Source of the DNA: Limnothrix sp. BL-A-16
Lineage (GTDB): Bacteria; Cyanobacteriota; Cyanobacteriia; CACIAM-69d
Direction of reading: 5' to 3'
Assembly (NCBI GenBank): GCA_041937175.2
Contig: CP166615.1
Coordinates: 3,488,001 to 3,552,000 of the forward strand
Length of the DNA stretch: 64,000 bases
The notes beneath the pieces are model-generated. The model ran no database searches. It was not told the origin of the DNA and saw only the letters and a program-made list of their open reading frames with translations. The position numbers and the translations under genes were made by a program. Shown here in pieces: positions 53,862-64,000 of the stretch (within the stretch, counting starts at the first letter, position 1; every line of letters begins with the position of its first letter).

Positions 53862-54422
53862 GTGGAGTCCTCACAACTTTTGTCACCGACGGGCGAAACG
53901 CTCGCGGCCAGTTCCGCATCCCCATCCGTTGTTTTCAGCCAAGCTGGCTCCGGGAAAACCAGCCCAGCGCCAGCCAGTGGAGCCACCTCGGTTGCCTTGA
54001 CCCAAGCGGCCGACCAACCCGCCACGGTTCCCATGGCCCTGTTGGTTTGCACAACCTGTGCCAGCACTTGGCAAAACGGCCAGCGCGTGGGCATCAGTGG
54101 CGGTGAGCAATTGCTCGATCGCCTGCAAAGCCGTTTGGCGGATGGGGGCAATGGCGCGATCGCCCTGACTCCCACCCAATGCATGAGCGCCTGTAGCCAT
54201 GCCTGTGTGGTGGCCTTTGCGGCAACCGGTAAACACAGCTACCTGTTTGGGGATTTGCCCCACGATCCGGCCCACCTGGATCAAACCGTGGAGGCGATCG
54301 CCGCCTGTGCCAATCTCTATCTCGATCGCCCCGATGGTCTTTTGGCTTGGGGTGAACGGCCGGAACCCTTGAAAAACGGCGTTTTGGCCCGCATTCCCCC
54401 CACCACGGTTTCAATCACCTAG
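53862..54422 (+). CDS. DUF1636-family metal-binding protein
   Basis: LLVCTTC, CMSACSHAC, YLFGDL, LARIPP; GTG start with GAGG RBS. Confidence 0.85.
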   Translation: MESSQLLSPTGETLAASSASPSVVFSQAGSGKTSPAPASGATSVALTQAADQPATVPMALLVCTTCASTWQNGQRVGISGGEQLLDRLQSRLADGGNGAIALTPTQCMSACSHACVVAFAATGKHSYLFGDLPHDPAHLDQTVEAIAACANLYLDRPDGLLAWGERPEPLKNGVLARIPPTTVSIT

Positions 54423-54491
54423 GGGCTGTTGCCCACTCCCTAGAATTGTGCATTCATCCCATCCTCCCACTAGGGCTTGGAGAAATTACCC

Positions 54492-55133
54492 ATGCGACAA
54501 ACCAAAACATTGGCATCGGTTCAAGGTCATTTTGCTGGCGCTGTGGCCGGTTTAGCCCTGCTGTTGGCTGCGTTGCCCGCATCGGCGCACCACATGATGG
54601 GTGGTCAGGTGCCCAGCAACGGCTTTGAGGGATTCATGTCCGGTTTGGCTCACCCGGTGATCGGCTTGGATCACTTGGCCTTTGTGGTGGCCTCCGGCTT
54701 GGTGGCGATCGGGGCGGCCCGAGGCTGGATTGTGCCTGTGATCTTTGCGATCGCGGCCTTGGGCGGCACGGGTCTACACCTGCAAAGTTGGGATTTACCC
54801 TTCCCGGAGCTGATGGTTTCCGGTTCGGTGGTGCTGTTTGGGTTGTTGCTGGCCATGGGTCACCAACTGCCGACGGTGGCCTTGGGGGCGATCGCCCTGG
54901 TGGCTGGCCTGTTTCATGGTTATGCCTACGGCGAATCGATCGTCGGGGCGGGCATGGTTCCGCTCACGGCCTATCTGATTGGATTCACGGCCATTCAGCT
55001 CACGATCGCCCTGGGGGTGCGGGGGGTGGTGCAACGGTTGGCGGAAGGCTCGATCGCCCAAACCCTGCGCTACATCGGTTTTGCCATTGTGGGTGCGGGC
55101 GCGGCATTCTTAGCCTCGGCCTTGGGCGCTTAG
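54492..55133 (+). CDS. hupE: HupE/UreJ-family Co/Ni transporter
   Basis: ASAHH, SGLAHPVIGLDHL, FHGYAYGE. Confidence 0.92.
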   Translation: MRQTKTLASVQGHFAGAVAGLALLLAALPASAHHMMGGQVPSNGFEGFMSGLAHPVIGLDHLAFVVASGLVAIGAARGWIVPVIFAIAALGGTGLHLQSWDLPFPELMVSGSVVLFGLLLAMGHQLPTVALGAIALVAGLFHGYAYGESIVGAGMVPLTAYLIGFTAIQLTIALGVRGVVQRLAEGSIAQTLRYIGFAIVGAGAAFLASALGA

Positions 55134-55186
55134 GGGATACCTGAGAACTAACTTGAGAGACTTGCAAAGCACGAGTCATCGTGGGG

Positions 55187-55206
55187 CAAGGGGCTTAAGC
55201 CCCTTG
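55187..55206. repeat. REP-like palindrome
   Basis: CAAGGGGCTTAAGCCCCTTG between hupE and cobW. Confidence 0.9.
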
Positions 55207-55312
55207 TCTGCGTCAGTTGAGGAGACTCGCAAGGGAGCAGTTATGGCTGTTCAGCCATTCCCTTAGGGCCGCTCAGGACTGGAGTTCAAGGACTGATTTA
55301 ACACCAATAACC

Positions 55313-56377
55313 ATGCACAAAATTCCCGTTACCGTTGTTACCGGCTTTTTGGGCGCGGGCAAAACCACCCTGCTGCGCCATTTGTTGCAAAATCCCCAAG
55401 GCCGCCGGATTGCCGTTTTGGTGAATGAGTTTGGGGAAGTGGGGATTGATGGGGACTTGCTGCGATCGTGCCAAGTCTGTGACGAAGAGGAGACGACTGG
55501 CCCCAATAACGGCCCCAGCAACGTGATTGAGCTAACCAATGGTTGCTTGTGCTGCACGGTGCAAGAGGAATTTTTGCCGACGATGCAACAGTTGCTCGAT
55601 CGCCGGGAAGATATCGATTGCATTGTGATTGAAACTTCGGGGCTAGCGCTGCCCAAGCCGTTGGTGCAGGCCTTCCGCTGGCCGGAAATCCGCACGGGGG
55701 CGACGGTCGATGGCGTGATTGCCACGGTGGACTGCGAAGCCCTGGCGGCTGGTCGCGTGGTGGGCGATGTGGCAGCGCTGTTGGAGCAGCGGGCCGCCGA
55801 TGACAGCCTGGAGCACGAAACCCCGATCGAGGAATTATTTGAAGACCAGCTTGCCTGTGCTGATTTGGTGCTGTTGACCAAGTGCGATCGGGTGGAGCCG
55901 ATCGAGGTGGCGCGGGTGGAAACCTGGCTAAAGCAGGAGTTGCGACCCGGGGTGAAAATTGTCCGTTGCCAACGGGGGGCGATCGCGCCGGAACTGTTGC
56001 TGGGCTTCAATGCGGCCGTGGAAGACAACCTGGACGATCGCCCCAACCACCACGACCATCATGATCATGACGATGACCATGACCACGAGCATGACCACGA
56101 CGACGACATCAGCGCGATCGCCCTCACCCTCGGAGCCGTGGAGCCTCGCGCTTTGGTACAACGCCTAGAACGGCTGGTGCAGGAGTGGGAAATCTACCGC
56201 ATTAAGGGATTTGCCGATGTGGCCGGCAAGCCGATGCGGTTGGTGGTGCAGGGGGTGGGGCCACGGTTCGAGACCTTCTTTGATCGGCCCTGGCGGCCCG
56301 ATGAAGCGCGATCGACCCAATTGGTGATCATTGGTCGCGATTTGGATCGATCGGCGATCGCGGCGGCCATTGGATAA
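55313..56377 (+). CDS. cobW: Cobalamin biosynthesis GTPase CobW
   Basis: GFLGAGKTT, NEFG, GCLCCTVQEEF, ETSGLALPKPL, His/Asp-rich loop. Confidence 0.93.
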   Translation: MHKIPVTVVTGFLGAGKTTLLRHLLQNPQGRRIAVLVNEFGEVGIDGDLLRSCQVCDEEETTGPNNGPSNVIELTNGCLCCTVQEEFLPTMQQLLDRREDIDCIVIETSGLALPKPLVQAFRWPEIRTGATVDGVIATVDCEALAAGRVVGDVAALLEQRAADDSLEHETPIEELFEDQLACADLVLLTKCDRVEPIEVARVETWLKQELRPGVKIVRCQRGAIAPELLLGFNAAVEDNLDDRPNHHDHHDHDDDHDHEHDHDDDISAIALTLGAVEPRALVQRLERLVQEWEIYRIKGFADVAGKPMRLVVQGVGPRFETFFDRPWRPDEARSTQLVIIGRDLDRSAIAAAIG

Positions 56378-56407
56378 GTTCAGGCGAAAAAAGGGTTGAT
56401 CAACAGG

Positions 56408-56953
56408 TCAAATCGCCTGATTCCAGGTCGTGCCCACAAACACGATCGCCGCCATCAGGGCCAACAGTCCTTGAATCACATTGCCAATAATCGATCCCAA
56501 CAGGATGCCCAAGGCTGCTTTTAGGGAAACTTTGAAGCGGGGCACGAGCGGTATGGTGCGCCGGTAGAGCATTTCCCCCACCACGGCTCCCAACACCGGG
56601 CCCAACAAAATGCCTGCCAAGGGCCCTCCGATCGGGAGGGCCGGCAACAGGCCAAAGAACCCCAACAGCAACCCCACGATCGAGCCAATTTGTCCCCACT
56701 GGCTGGCTCCGGCCTTTTGCGCGCCAATGATGCCCGCCAGGTTGTCGATTAACAGGCTCAAGACCAACACGGCGATCGACACCCACAGGGCCGTGGTCAC
56801 CAGGGCCCAGCCCTTGACGGCTCCCCAAATCACCACGGCCAACACCACCAAACTGGGCCCCGGAATGGCGGGGATGAAGGATCCCAACACGCCCACCAAG
56901 GCCATGGCGATTAAGCCCAAATACAAAATTGTCTGACCTGTTTGCCCGTCCAT
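56408..56953 (-). CDS. DUF456-family membrane protein
   Basis: PAIPGPSL, GAQKAGASQWG, GPVLGAVVGE. Confidence 0.85.
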   Translation of the reverse strand: MDGQTGQTILYLGLIAMALVGVLGSFIPAIPGPSLVVLAVVIWGAVKGWALVTTALWVSIAVLVLSLLIDNLAGIIGAQKAGASQWGQIGSIVGLLLGFFGLLPALPIGGPLAGILLGPVLGAVVGEMLYRRTIPLVPRFKVSLKAALGILLGSIIGNVIQGLLALMAAIVFVGTTWNQAI

Positions 56954-57025
56954 GTTGAGTTGCGAATTGAGCTGCGAGTTGGTTGGCGAATTTGGGCGCG
57001 TTAATCGGGTTGGGATGACAGCGGC

Positions 57026-57988
57026 CTAGCGATCGAGCCGCACCCTCGGATCCAAAACCCCATAGAGGCCATCCGCAATCAGATTGAACAGCACAATCAA
57101 AATCGCATAGATAAACGCGATCGCCATCACCACGGGCGTATCGTTGCGCTGGATGGAATCCACCAGCAAGGAACCAATGCCCGGCACGCGGAACACCTGC
57201 TCCGTCACGATCGCCCCCGTGAACACCGCTGGCACATCAAGCGCCACCAGCGTCACCACGGGAATTAAGGCATTGCGCAAAATATGCCGCCCCACCACAA
57301 TCCATTCCGGCAGTCCCTTCGCCCGAGCCGTTCGCACATAGCCCTGATAAACCTGCTCCAGCACCGAAGCGCGGGTGAACCGCATCAGGCCAGCCGTTTG
57401 AAACAGGGCCAACACCCCGATCGGCATAATGGACTGCTTGAGCTGCTCTCCCAAGCTAGCGAAATCCACCACTTGCAGGTTGCTGTCATAGATAAAGGGC
57501 AGCCAGCGCAGTTGCACACTGAACAGCAAAATCACCAGCAAACCCGTGAAAAAGGGCGGCAGGGAAAAGCCAATGAAGGAAATGAGCGTGGCCGTGCGAT
57601 CGACCCAACCATGGCGCTTGAGGGCGGCAATTAGCCCCAAGGGCAGGGCAATGAGGGCGCTGAATCCGTAGGCCACTCCCACTACGGCCAGGGTGGTGGG
57701 TAACCGTTGGCCAATCAGTTCCAAAACGGGCACTCGGCTGACGAAGGAGTAGCCCAAATCGCCCCGCAGCAGAGACAGCAGCCACTTGAAATAGCGGATG
57801 TGAACGGGTTGATCCAGCCCCAGAGAGGCGCGAATTTGCGATCGAACCTCGGGAGAGAGGGCCCCGTTGGCGGCAAATTCACCCAAGGGGTCGCCGGGAG
57901 CCAGGGCCAGAATGCCAAAAATAATCAAACTGATGGCGAGCAGCGTTGGAATTGCCACCCCAATTCGTCCGAGGAAGTAGCGCCCCAT
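57026..57988 (-). CDS. Peptide ABC transporter permease (DppB/OppB-like)
   Basis: APGDP, GLDQP, GDLGYS, YVRTARAKGL, HILRNALIP. Confidence 0.92.
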   Translation of the reverse strand: MGRYFLGRIGVAIPTLLAISLIIFGILALAPGDPLGEFAANGALSPEVRSQIRASLGLDQPVHIRYFKWLLSLLRGDLGYSFVSRVPVLELIGQRLPTTLAVVGVAYGFSALIALPLGLIAALKRHGWVDRTATLISFIGFSLPPFFTGLLVILLFSVQLRWLPFIYDSNLQVVDFASLGEQLKQSIMPIGVLALFQTAGLMRFTRASVLEQVYQGYVRTARAKGLPEWIVVGRHILRNALIPVVTLVALDVPAVFTGAIVTEQVFRVPGIGSLLVDSIQRNDTPVVMAIAFIYAILIVLFNLIADGLYGVLDPRVRLDR

Positions 57989-58119
57989 GGGTTTAATAGC
58001 GGTTGATCCGGTTGCTGGATCAAATGATTGATCAAACTGATGATAGGCCGTTGGAATCGATCGCCCCGTAGCCAGCGAGACCCGCCTTGCAAGGGGTTTT
58101 GGGCGGGTATCGCTCGGCC

Positions 58120-59160
58120 TTAACGAACAAATTGGGGCATGATTTCAGCGGCGGTGAACAGGCCAAATTGCCCGCGCCGTTGCAGGGAAACGCCGGCCTT
58201 CAGGTAACCAAAGGCGGGGCCACAAACATTGGCGGCCATGCTGGTTTCGTCACCGAGGGTGAAGGTATGGGTGGAGATTTTGCCCTCGAAGGTGCGGCCC
58301 GTGACTTGCACGTTGGTGCTGAGGGGTTTTTTGGCGTTGCGCGTATCCACCACACCACCGACGGTGACCCGATCGCGGCTGCAAATGCCCGCCAACTCCA
58401 GCATCAGATCATCGGCATGTTCCATGTTTTCCAAGGCCAGGATGCCGTTGGTGGTGTCGAGGAGAGCTTCGACTTCCGCATCGGTCATCAGCCGGGCCCG
58501 CTCGGTGTCATAACCGGGCATGTGGGCGATGTCTTCGCGGATGGTGGCGCGGTAGGCCTCCCAGTTGGCGATGCCGACTCCGAAGGTAATTTTGACGCTG
58601 TGAACTTCCGCGTAGCTTTGGGCGGCGATCGTGGCGGCGGCGGTCAGCAGGCCGGGGGTGGCTCCGCAACCGGTGAGGTAGGTGATGCCGGCGTTGGCGA
58701 GCCGATCGCCCAGGGCCAGGATCTGTTCCATGGCGCTGGTGCGTTTGAGGGCATCCACCAACACACCGCGCCAACCGGAGGCGATGATTTGTTCGACAAC
58801 CTCGGCCATGAAGGTGTTGGGCAGGTTGGGCAGGGCCAGGAAGAAGCCATCGACGTTACCCTTGGCGGCTTCGATCGCCTCCAGGATGCTGGTGGGGCTG
58901 AGGGAGCCGCCGGGCAGATGGCCCACGGAACCCCGATCATGGTAGGTGGCGATCGCCCGATCGGGATCTAGCCCTTCGGGGTTGTAGGCAAAACCATCGC
59001 GATCGACCGCTGCCACCAGCAGCATTTCGCGCTTGGGAGCCAGCACCCGCGCTGCCGCTTGGCCCAAACCGCCAAAGCCCATCACCCCAACCCGAATTGC
59101 GCCGGCCTTGTCCGAATTCACCATTTGCGCCGATGCCAAGTCCACAACCGAATGACTCAT
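58120..59160 (-). CDS. bioU: BioU, (S)-8-amino-7-oxononanoate-converting biotin biosynthesis protein
   Basis: [39 protein letters not shown], matching the cyanobacterial BioU family as recalled. Confidence 0.8.
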   Translation of the reverse strand: MSHSVVDLASAQMVNSDKAGAIRVGVMGFGGLGQAAARVLAPKREMLLVAAVDRDGFAYNPEGLDPDRAIATYHDRGSVGHLPGGSLSPTSILEAIEAAKGNVDGFFLALPNLPNTFMAEVVEQIIASGWRGVLVDALKRTSAMEQILALGDRLANAGITYLTGCGATPGLLTAAATIAAQSYAEVHSVKITFGVGIANWEAYRATIREDIAHMPGYDTERARLMTDAEVEALLDTTNGILALENMEHADDLMLELAGICSRDRVTVGGVVDTRNAKKPLSTNVQVTGRTFEGKISTHTFTLGDETSMAANVCGPAFGYLKAGVSLQRRGQFGLFTAAEIMPQFVR

Positions 59161-59806
59161 AACGGAATCCCCAAACTGAACGGGTCAATCAACTTCCAAC
59201 AAATTCCAACAAACAGATTCCAACCAATTCCCAGCGCGGGAAAACGCGGGAATAAAGATAACCCCCAATCATTGCAGTGATCGGTAAATCTCAGCAATCG
59301 CGATCGCCGGGTCACCGGCCCGGACTCGGTGGGTTTTGATCGATATTGCTTGGGTGGTGGGTTGCCCAAACCAGTAGCTGACAATACTTTCGAGCGATAA
59401 ATGCTGGGTGCTCAATGACCGATCGATTGCCCCAAACCCTTGCCAATGCGTCCCTTGACTGCGATCGGAAGTTACGCCACACTATCAAAAAGGCAAAGTC
59501 AGCGCTCCTATCCAATTTAAACAATTGTCAAGAAGCGTCTCGAAATGGATCGTTTTTGGGCGATCCGCATCGATCGACCCTCGATCGACATTTCAGACCC
59601 TCGGTAACTCGGTGAAATCCCGATTCTAAAAAGACCATGGTTTGCTCGGTTGGCGCTTTCCGCCGCTCGGAACTCCCCCGTTGGGTTCTCCGTTGCGGAG
59701 CGATCGCCCGAGCCAGTGCTCAAACATCTGTACGAGTTATCCCCGATTGGGGACTTGTGCAAAGGCCTTGAGACCGCCTGTTGGCCGCCTAGTCTGGAAA
59801 CCCTGC

Positions 59807-60019
59807 ATGGAAACCCTGGAATTCATCATTTACCCCGATGGTCGGGTACAGGAGAAAGTCACCGGTATCATCGGGGCCTCCTGTGCCGAAGTGACCGCCG
59901 CCATTGAAGCACAACTGGGGCGGGTCATCAGTCGCGAGGTAACTTCCGAAAACTTTGCTCGGGCCCAAGCGGATCGCGAGGCCTCGATCGAAGCCCAAAC
60001 AACCTTCAGCGAGTGGTAG
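59807..60019 (+). CDS. DUF2997-family protein
   Basis: METLEFIIYPDGRVQEKVTGIIGASC. Confidence 0.9.
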   Translation: METLEFIIYPDGRVQEKVTGIIGASCAEVTAAIEAQLGRVISREVTSENFARAQADREASIEAQTTFSEW

Positions 60020-60146
60020 CACTCTGGGATTTCTAAGGCGCAGCTTTCGAGCCATTCGGGAGCGGCGCTTTAAAAATTTCAGCCGCGCTTGCTCCGGGGG
60101 GTCTGCATCGTTCAACCCGTTCAGATCGCTGTTAACGAAAACCACC

Positions 60147-60533
60147 ATGTCGCACTTTAGCCAAATCAAAACGCAACTTCGCAACCTGACTTCCCTGAAA
60201 GCCGCCCTCACGGATCTGGGCATGGATTGGAAAGAAGGCCCCGCCACCGTGCGTGGTTATCAGGGGCAAACGGAAACCGCCGACGTGGCGATCGAACAGC
60301 CCAACGGCTACGACATCGGCTTTGCCTGGAACGGCCAGGAATATGCCCTGGTGACCGATATGCAATTTTGGCAACTGAACGGCTCGGTCGATCGGTTCCT
60401 GAAGCAAGTGACCCAGCGCTATGCCTTCCACACCGTGATCAACAGCGGTGCTGAACAGGGCTTCCAGGTGGCCGAACAGGTCAAGAATGAGGACGGATCG
60501 ATCCGTCTGGTGTTGCAACGCTGGAATGGTTAA
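60147..60533 (+). CDS. ycf35: DUF1257/Ycf35 protein
   Basis: MSHFSQIKTQ, VRGYQGQT, DIGFAWNG, QRYA. Confidence 0.9.
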   Translation: MSHFSQIKTQLRNLTSLKAALTDLGMDWKEGPATVRGYQGQTETADVAIEQPNGYDIGFAWNGQEYALVTDMQFWQLNGSVDRFLKQVTQRYAFHTVINSGAEQGFQVAEQVKNEDGSIRLVLQRWNG

Positions 60534-60752
60534 GGTTCGTTAAGGGAGAGGCTTTGATCCTTTCTGCGCAACGACTCAACCGGCCGCGTCGTCTCCATTG
60601 TCTAGCGCTGGCTTTGCCCAAAGCAGTGGCGATCTCGCCAGATTTTCTCGCTTGCGATCGGGGCAGGTTCTCAGAGTCCACAAACTCAGAACTTGCCCCG
60701 ATTTGTTTTTTCCGATTGTCGGCTTGCTATACCACTAGAGGCAGGAAAAACC

Positions 60753-61259
60753 ATGGATCAGGAACCACAAGCACCAATGGAATCCGCAATGGGATCCGCA
60801 ATGGGATCCACCGAGCCGGGGGCCGACCATGACGCGGGCCCAGGGTTTGCACCAGAACTGGGCGGATCATTGCGCGGCCTGGGCGATCGCACCGGATTTG
60901 AACCGGAGCTGGGCGGTCTGGTGCGCCAAAAGGGTGTCTATGTGGACGAAATTACTTGCATTGGCTGCAAAAACTGCGCCCACGTGGCTCGCAACACCTT
61001 TTACATTGAGCTGGAATATGGCCGGGCCCGAGCCATTCGCCAAGACGGCGACCCCGAGGAGCTAATCCAAGAGGCGATCGACACCTGCCCGGTGAACTGC
61101 ATCCATTGGGTTCCCTTTGCGGAACTGAAACGCCTCGAAGAGGAACGGCGATATCAAGAAATTCCCACGGCGGGCTTCCCGATCGATAAATCCGTGATTG
61201 CGGCTAATTTGCGTCGTCGCAAGGAAGCGGCCAGAAAACGGCGATCGGAACAGGCTTAG
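60753..61259 (+). CDS. Bacterial-type ferredoxin (Fed7-like)
   Basis: VYVDEITCIGCKNC...AIDTCPVNCIHW; EPELGG repeats. Confidence 0.88.
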   Translation: MDQEPQAPMESAMGSAMGSTEPGADHDAGPGFAPELGGSLRGLGDRTGFEPELGGLVRQKGVYVDEITCIGCKNCAHVARNTFYIELEYGRARAIRQDGDPEELIQEAIDTCPVNCIHWVPFAELKRLEEERRYQEIPTAGFPIDKSVIAANLRRRKEAARKRRSEQA

Positions 61260-61389
61260 AGGATGTCTGAAAAGTGTCTTTTGGCACGGGCAATGCACCA
61301 ATAGTCGTGGGGGCAAGGGGCTTGAGCATCTTGTCTTCGTCGATCGATGAGGCGTGCAGAGTATCGATTTTGGCTTTTCAGACATCCTC
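61259..61389. mobile_element. 131-bp MITE with 16-bp perfect TIR GAGGATGTCTGAAAAG and TTA target duplication
   Basis: TTA-GAGGATGTCTGAAAAG...CTTTTCAGACATCCTC-TTA. Confidence 0.92.
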
Positions 61390-61502
61390 TTAGACAACAG
61401 CTAAGCCAAAGTTAGGCCAAAGTTCAACGGTCGATGCCCCTAGCCGATGGGCCGACCCTGTTTCCCGAATTCATGGTTCCCAAGCCGAAAGCAAATTAAC
61501 CC

Positions 61503-62057
61503 ATGGCCGATCAACCCATGAACGATCGCCCCATGACCGCGCGGCCTATGGCGATCGTCATTCGCCCCAGCTTGCCCAGCGATGCAGCGGCAATTGCCCG
61601 ACTTTTTCACGATACGGTGCGAGAAATTAACAGTCGTGATTACAGCCCCCAGCAGGTGCAAGCTTGGGCCCCGGATGATTTGTCGTTTCGCAACTGGGCT
61701 GAACGCAGCCAAACCCGCTGGACAATCGTGGCGGAAGATCGGTCAACCCCCGATCGCTACCTGATCGCGGGTTTCTGTGAATTGAAACCCGATGGCCATA
61801 TTGATTGCTTCTACTGCCACAAAAATTATCAACGCTGTGGTTTGGGTCGGCAGCTTTACCAGGCCCTAGAAACCGAAGCACTCGATCGTTCTCTTCAACA
61901 ATTACAAGTTGAATCCAGCATCACAGCGCGCCCTTTTTTTGAAGCGATGGGCTTTGTTATGCTCTCTTCCCAGACCGTAAGTGTTCGAGGCGAAAGTTTT
62001 GTGAACTACAAGATGGTTAAAGCACTCAGCCCAATTCCCAAAAGCAGCATAACCTAA
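61503..62057 (+). CDS. GNAT acetyltransferase (YafP-like)
   Basis: DYSPQQVQAWA, GHIDCFYCH, YQRCGLG, SITARPFFEAMGF. Confidence 0.9.
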   Translation: MADQPMNDRPMTARPMAIVIRPSLPSDAAAIARLFHDTVREINSRDYSPQQVQAWAPDDLSFRNWAERSQTRWTIVAEDRSTPDRYLIAGFCELKPDGHIDCFYCHKNYQRCGLGRQLYQALETEALDRSLQQLQVESSITARPFFEAMGFVMLSSQTVSVRGESFVNYKMVKALSPIPKSSIT

Positions 62058-62656
62058 GATTTAAACAAGCAAGATTTGCATCTTTATCATGCAATTTTTC
62101 TTGATGAAAATTCGAGAATTAATCACTAACTGGCTTGTGATTGAAAAATACGTAATCAGTTAATTAATTTCAATTAAGTCAATTCAGTTCTAGCCTGAGA
62201 ATCATGGAGCAAATGTTGATTGTTGATTCCTGAATTGAGAACTTAGTTATAAATTTTGTCAACTGCTGGGATGAGATTCTAGCAATGGAGAAACGGGCGT
62301 GCTACCTTGAAAGTCCGGAAAAACTCGGAAATTAGTTCGAGGATTTTGAAGCACTACCCTTGCTGATTTCCTGTCTCTGTCACGATCTTGCCCCCTTGAT
62401 CCCGATATGTTGGTATCAATTTAAACCAGAAAATCTGTATTGATCAATCCTGGTTCTTCCGGTATTGCTTGTAAAGCGGCCTGTGAAAGCTAAATCCTAA
62501 GGCTATGAATCAGAGAAAACATAAAATAATCCTAAAAAACTTGAATTGCCATCTGTTGTTGTGGTTCGGTCTGAATGACCGATCGGCCCTCGGCTTAGAG
62601 TCAGCCTGCCACTCACTGCGCTTTTCCTCTTCACTGCTGAAACTGATGGCTCCAAA

Positions 62657-63670
62657 ATGATGGTTCTCCAAAAATTTCGACCCAAACGGTTCCCACAATT
62701 TCTGTTGGTTTGTGCATTCGTTCTGAGCTTGGTGATCCATGGCTGCTTGGCCGGTGGAAATCGCGAGCTGCCGACCTTGCGGGTGGGGATGAATAATTGG
62801 CCCGGCTACATGGTTGCGCTCTACGCCAAAGAAGCGGGCCTCTTCCAAAAGCGCGGTCTCCAGGTGGAGTTAGTGCGCTTCACCAATCAGCAAGATAATA
62901 TTCGAGCGACCATTCGCGGTTCGTTGGATGCCAGTTTTGTGCCCCTCTGGGAGGCAATGCAGGTAGACCCGGGAAACGATCGCCCCGCCTATGTGATGGT
63001 GGCGGATATTTCCCATGGTTCCGATGGGATTGTGGCGCGATCGGCCGTGCCCTCAGTGAAAGATTTGCGGGGCAAAACCGTGGCGGCCAAGTTGGGAACC
63101 GTCAGCCATCTGATCTTGCTAGAGGCTTTGCAGTCTCAGCAACTGAAGCCAACGGACGTGAAAATTAAAGATGTTTCCAACGATATTGCCGTGCAGTTGT
63201 TGTCCAAAGGTGAAGTGGATGCGGCGGTGGTTTGGGAACCGTTGCTGAGTGAAACGGCGGCCAAAATTAAAGGCAAAGTGATTTTTACCACCAAAGATGT
63301 GGACAGTTTGGTGATTGATGGATTGGCCACGCGGGCTAGCTTTGCAGCGGATCATCAAGCGGAATTAACCCAACTCATGTTGGCTTGGTTGGATGCCATT
63401 CATGCGGTGGATACCCAGCCCGATCGCGTGTTTGCCAGCATTGCGCGTCAGTTGGGCCAAACGCCAGAATCCGTTGCTAAGGACTATTCCGGCCTGCTGA
63501 AAGGTGGAATTGAATTGAATCGTCGGATGTTTGAGGGTCGGCTTGAGGCGGCTAAAAATGAAATTGTGCAGTTGCTGAAGTTAGACCCGCGCCATCGCCA
63601 GGTTATTCGTGAAGATATTGAATTCGATCGTGGGCCAATGATGACTGCAATTGAACAATGGAAACCCTAA
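62657..63670 (+). CDS. SsuA/NMT1-like substrate-binding lipoprotein
   Basis: Lipobox IHGC, NNWPGY, DISHGSDGIV, DAAVVWEP. Confidence 0.88.
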   Translation: MMVLQKFRPKRFPQFLLVCAFVLSLVIHGCLAGGNRELPTLRVGMNNWPGYMVALYAKEAGLFQKRGLQVELVRFTNQQDNIRATIRGSLDASFVPLWEAMQVDPGNDRPAYVMVADISHGSDGIVARSAVPSVKDLRGKTVAAKLGTVSHLILLEALQSQQLKPTDVKIKDVSNDIAVQLLSKGEVDAAVVWEPLLSETAAKIKGKVIFTTKDVDSLVIDGLATRASFAADHQAELTQLMLAWLDAIHAVDTQPDRVFASIARQLGQTPESVAKDYSGLLKGGIELNRRMFEGRLEAAKNEIVQLLKLDPRHRQVIREDIEFDRGPMMTAIEQWKP

Positions 63671-64000
63671 TTTCAAGCCAAAACCCAGACCAAAAGTCCA
63701 GAACAATCATCATTGGCCCCTTGCCCAAATCTCCCAAAGTGGTTGCTCCTGCCCGCAGCCTGGCTCGGCAGCTCCTCAGCAAGCTGGGAATTTCCCTGAT
63801 GGCCATTGGGGTGACCATTTTGGGCGTGAACTATCATCTCATTTCGGCCCAACTGCAAAACCAAATAGGCAAGCGGGCCTTTGCTATTACCCAAGGGTTG
63901 CAGTTTGCTACGGAAGGACTGCTGGAAATTAGCCAAGAGAGCATTTTGCGGCGAGTGGTGCAAAATTATGCCACCCTGCCAACGGTGCTGGAAATTGCTA
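63658..64000 (+). CDS. Partial membrane-anchored sensor protein (probable histidine kinase or cyclase), runs off the window
   Basis: Open frame from ATG 63658: METLISSQ...GISLMAIGVTILGVNY (TM)...RRVVQNYATLPTVLEIA; overlaps the binding-protein stop. Confidence 0.7.
   Translation, partial: METLISSQNPDQKSRTIIIGPLPKSPKVVAPARSLARQLLSKLGISLMAIGVTILGVNYHLISAQLQNQIGKRAFAITQGLQFATEGLLEISQESILRRVVQNYATLPTVLEIA

Noticed and set aside
62060..62650. Riboswitch upstream of the binding protein
   Set aside because: No c-di-GMP, TPP or guanidine consensus could be recognised.

Overview
Window from a GC-rich cyanobacterial chromosome, dense in the HIP1 octamer GCGATCGC. The genus is not determined. It is mostly core genes: psaA-psaB, a PPIase/HlyB/HlyD type I secretion cluster, ndhO, pip, 2-Cys peroxiredoxin, pnp, nth, cyanoexosortase B, ilvD, queC, recQ, argB, a cobalamin-riboswitch operon (DUF1636-hupE-cobW), bioU and ycf35/ferredoxin. 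Accessory or unusual elements: (1) a REP-like 20-bp palindrome CAAGGGGCTTAAGCCCCTTG in about 12 intergenic sites, carried by two MITE families with different terminal inverted repeats (TIRs); one family appears to insert into the TA at the centre of its own palindrome, building nested and tandem arrays; (2) a solo tnpB with intact catalytic motifs; (3) an AT-rich ABC-ATPase plus PD-(D/E)xK-like gene pair, a candidate defence system; (4) an H-NOX gene coupled to an HNOBA-histidine kinase; (5) two orphan methyltransferases predicted to modify the HIP1 core; (6) a ProA paralogue lacking the catalytic Cys; (7) a candidate structured RNA downstream of pnp. Family assignments come from recalled motifs, not from searches.
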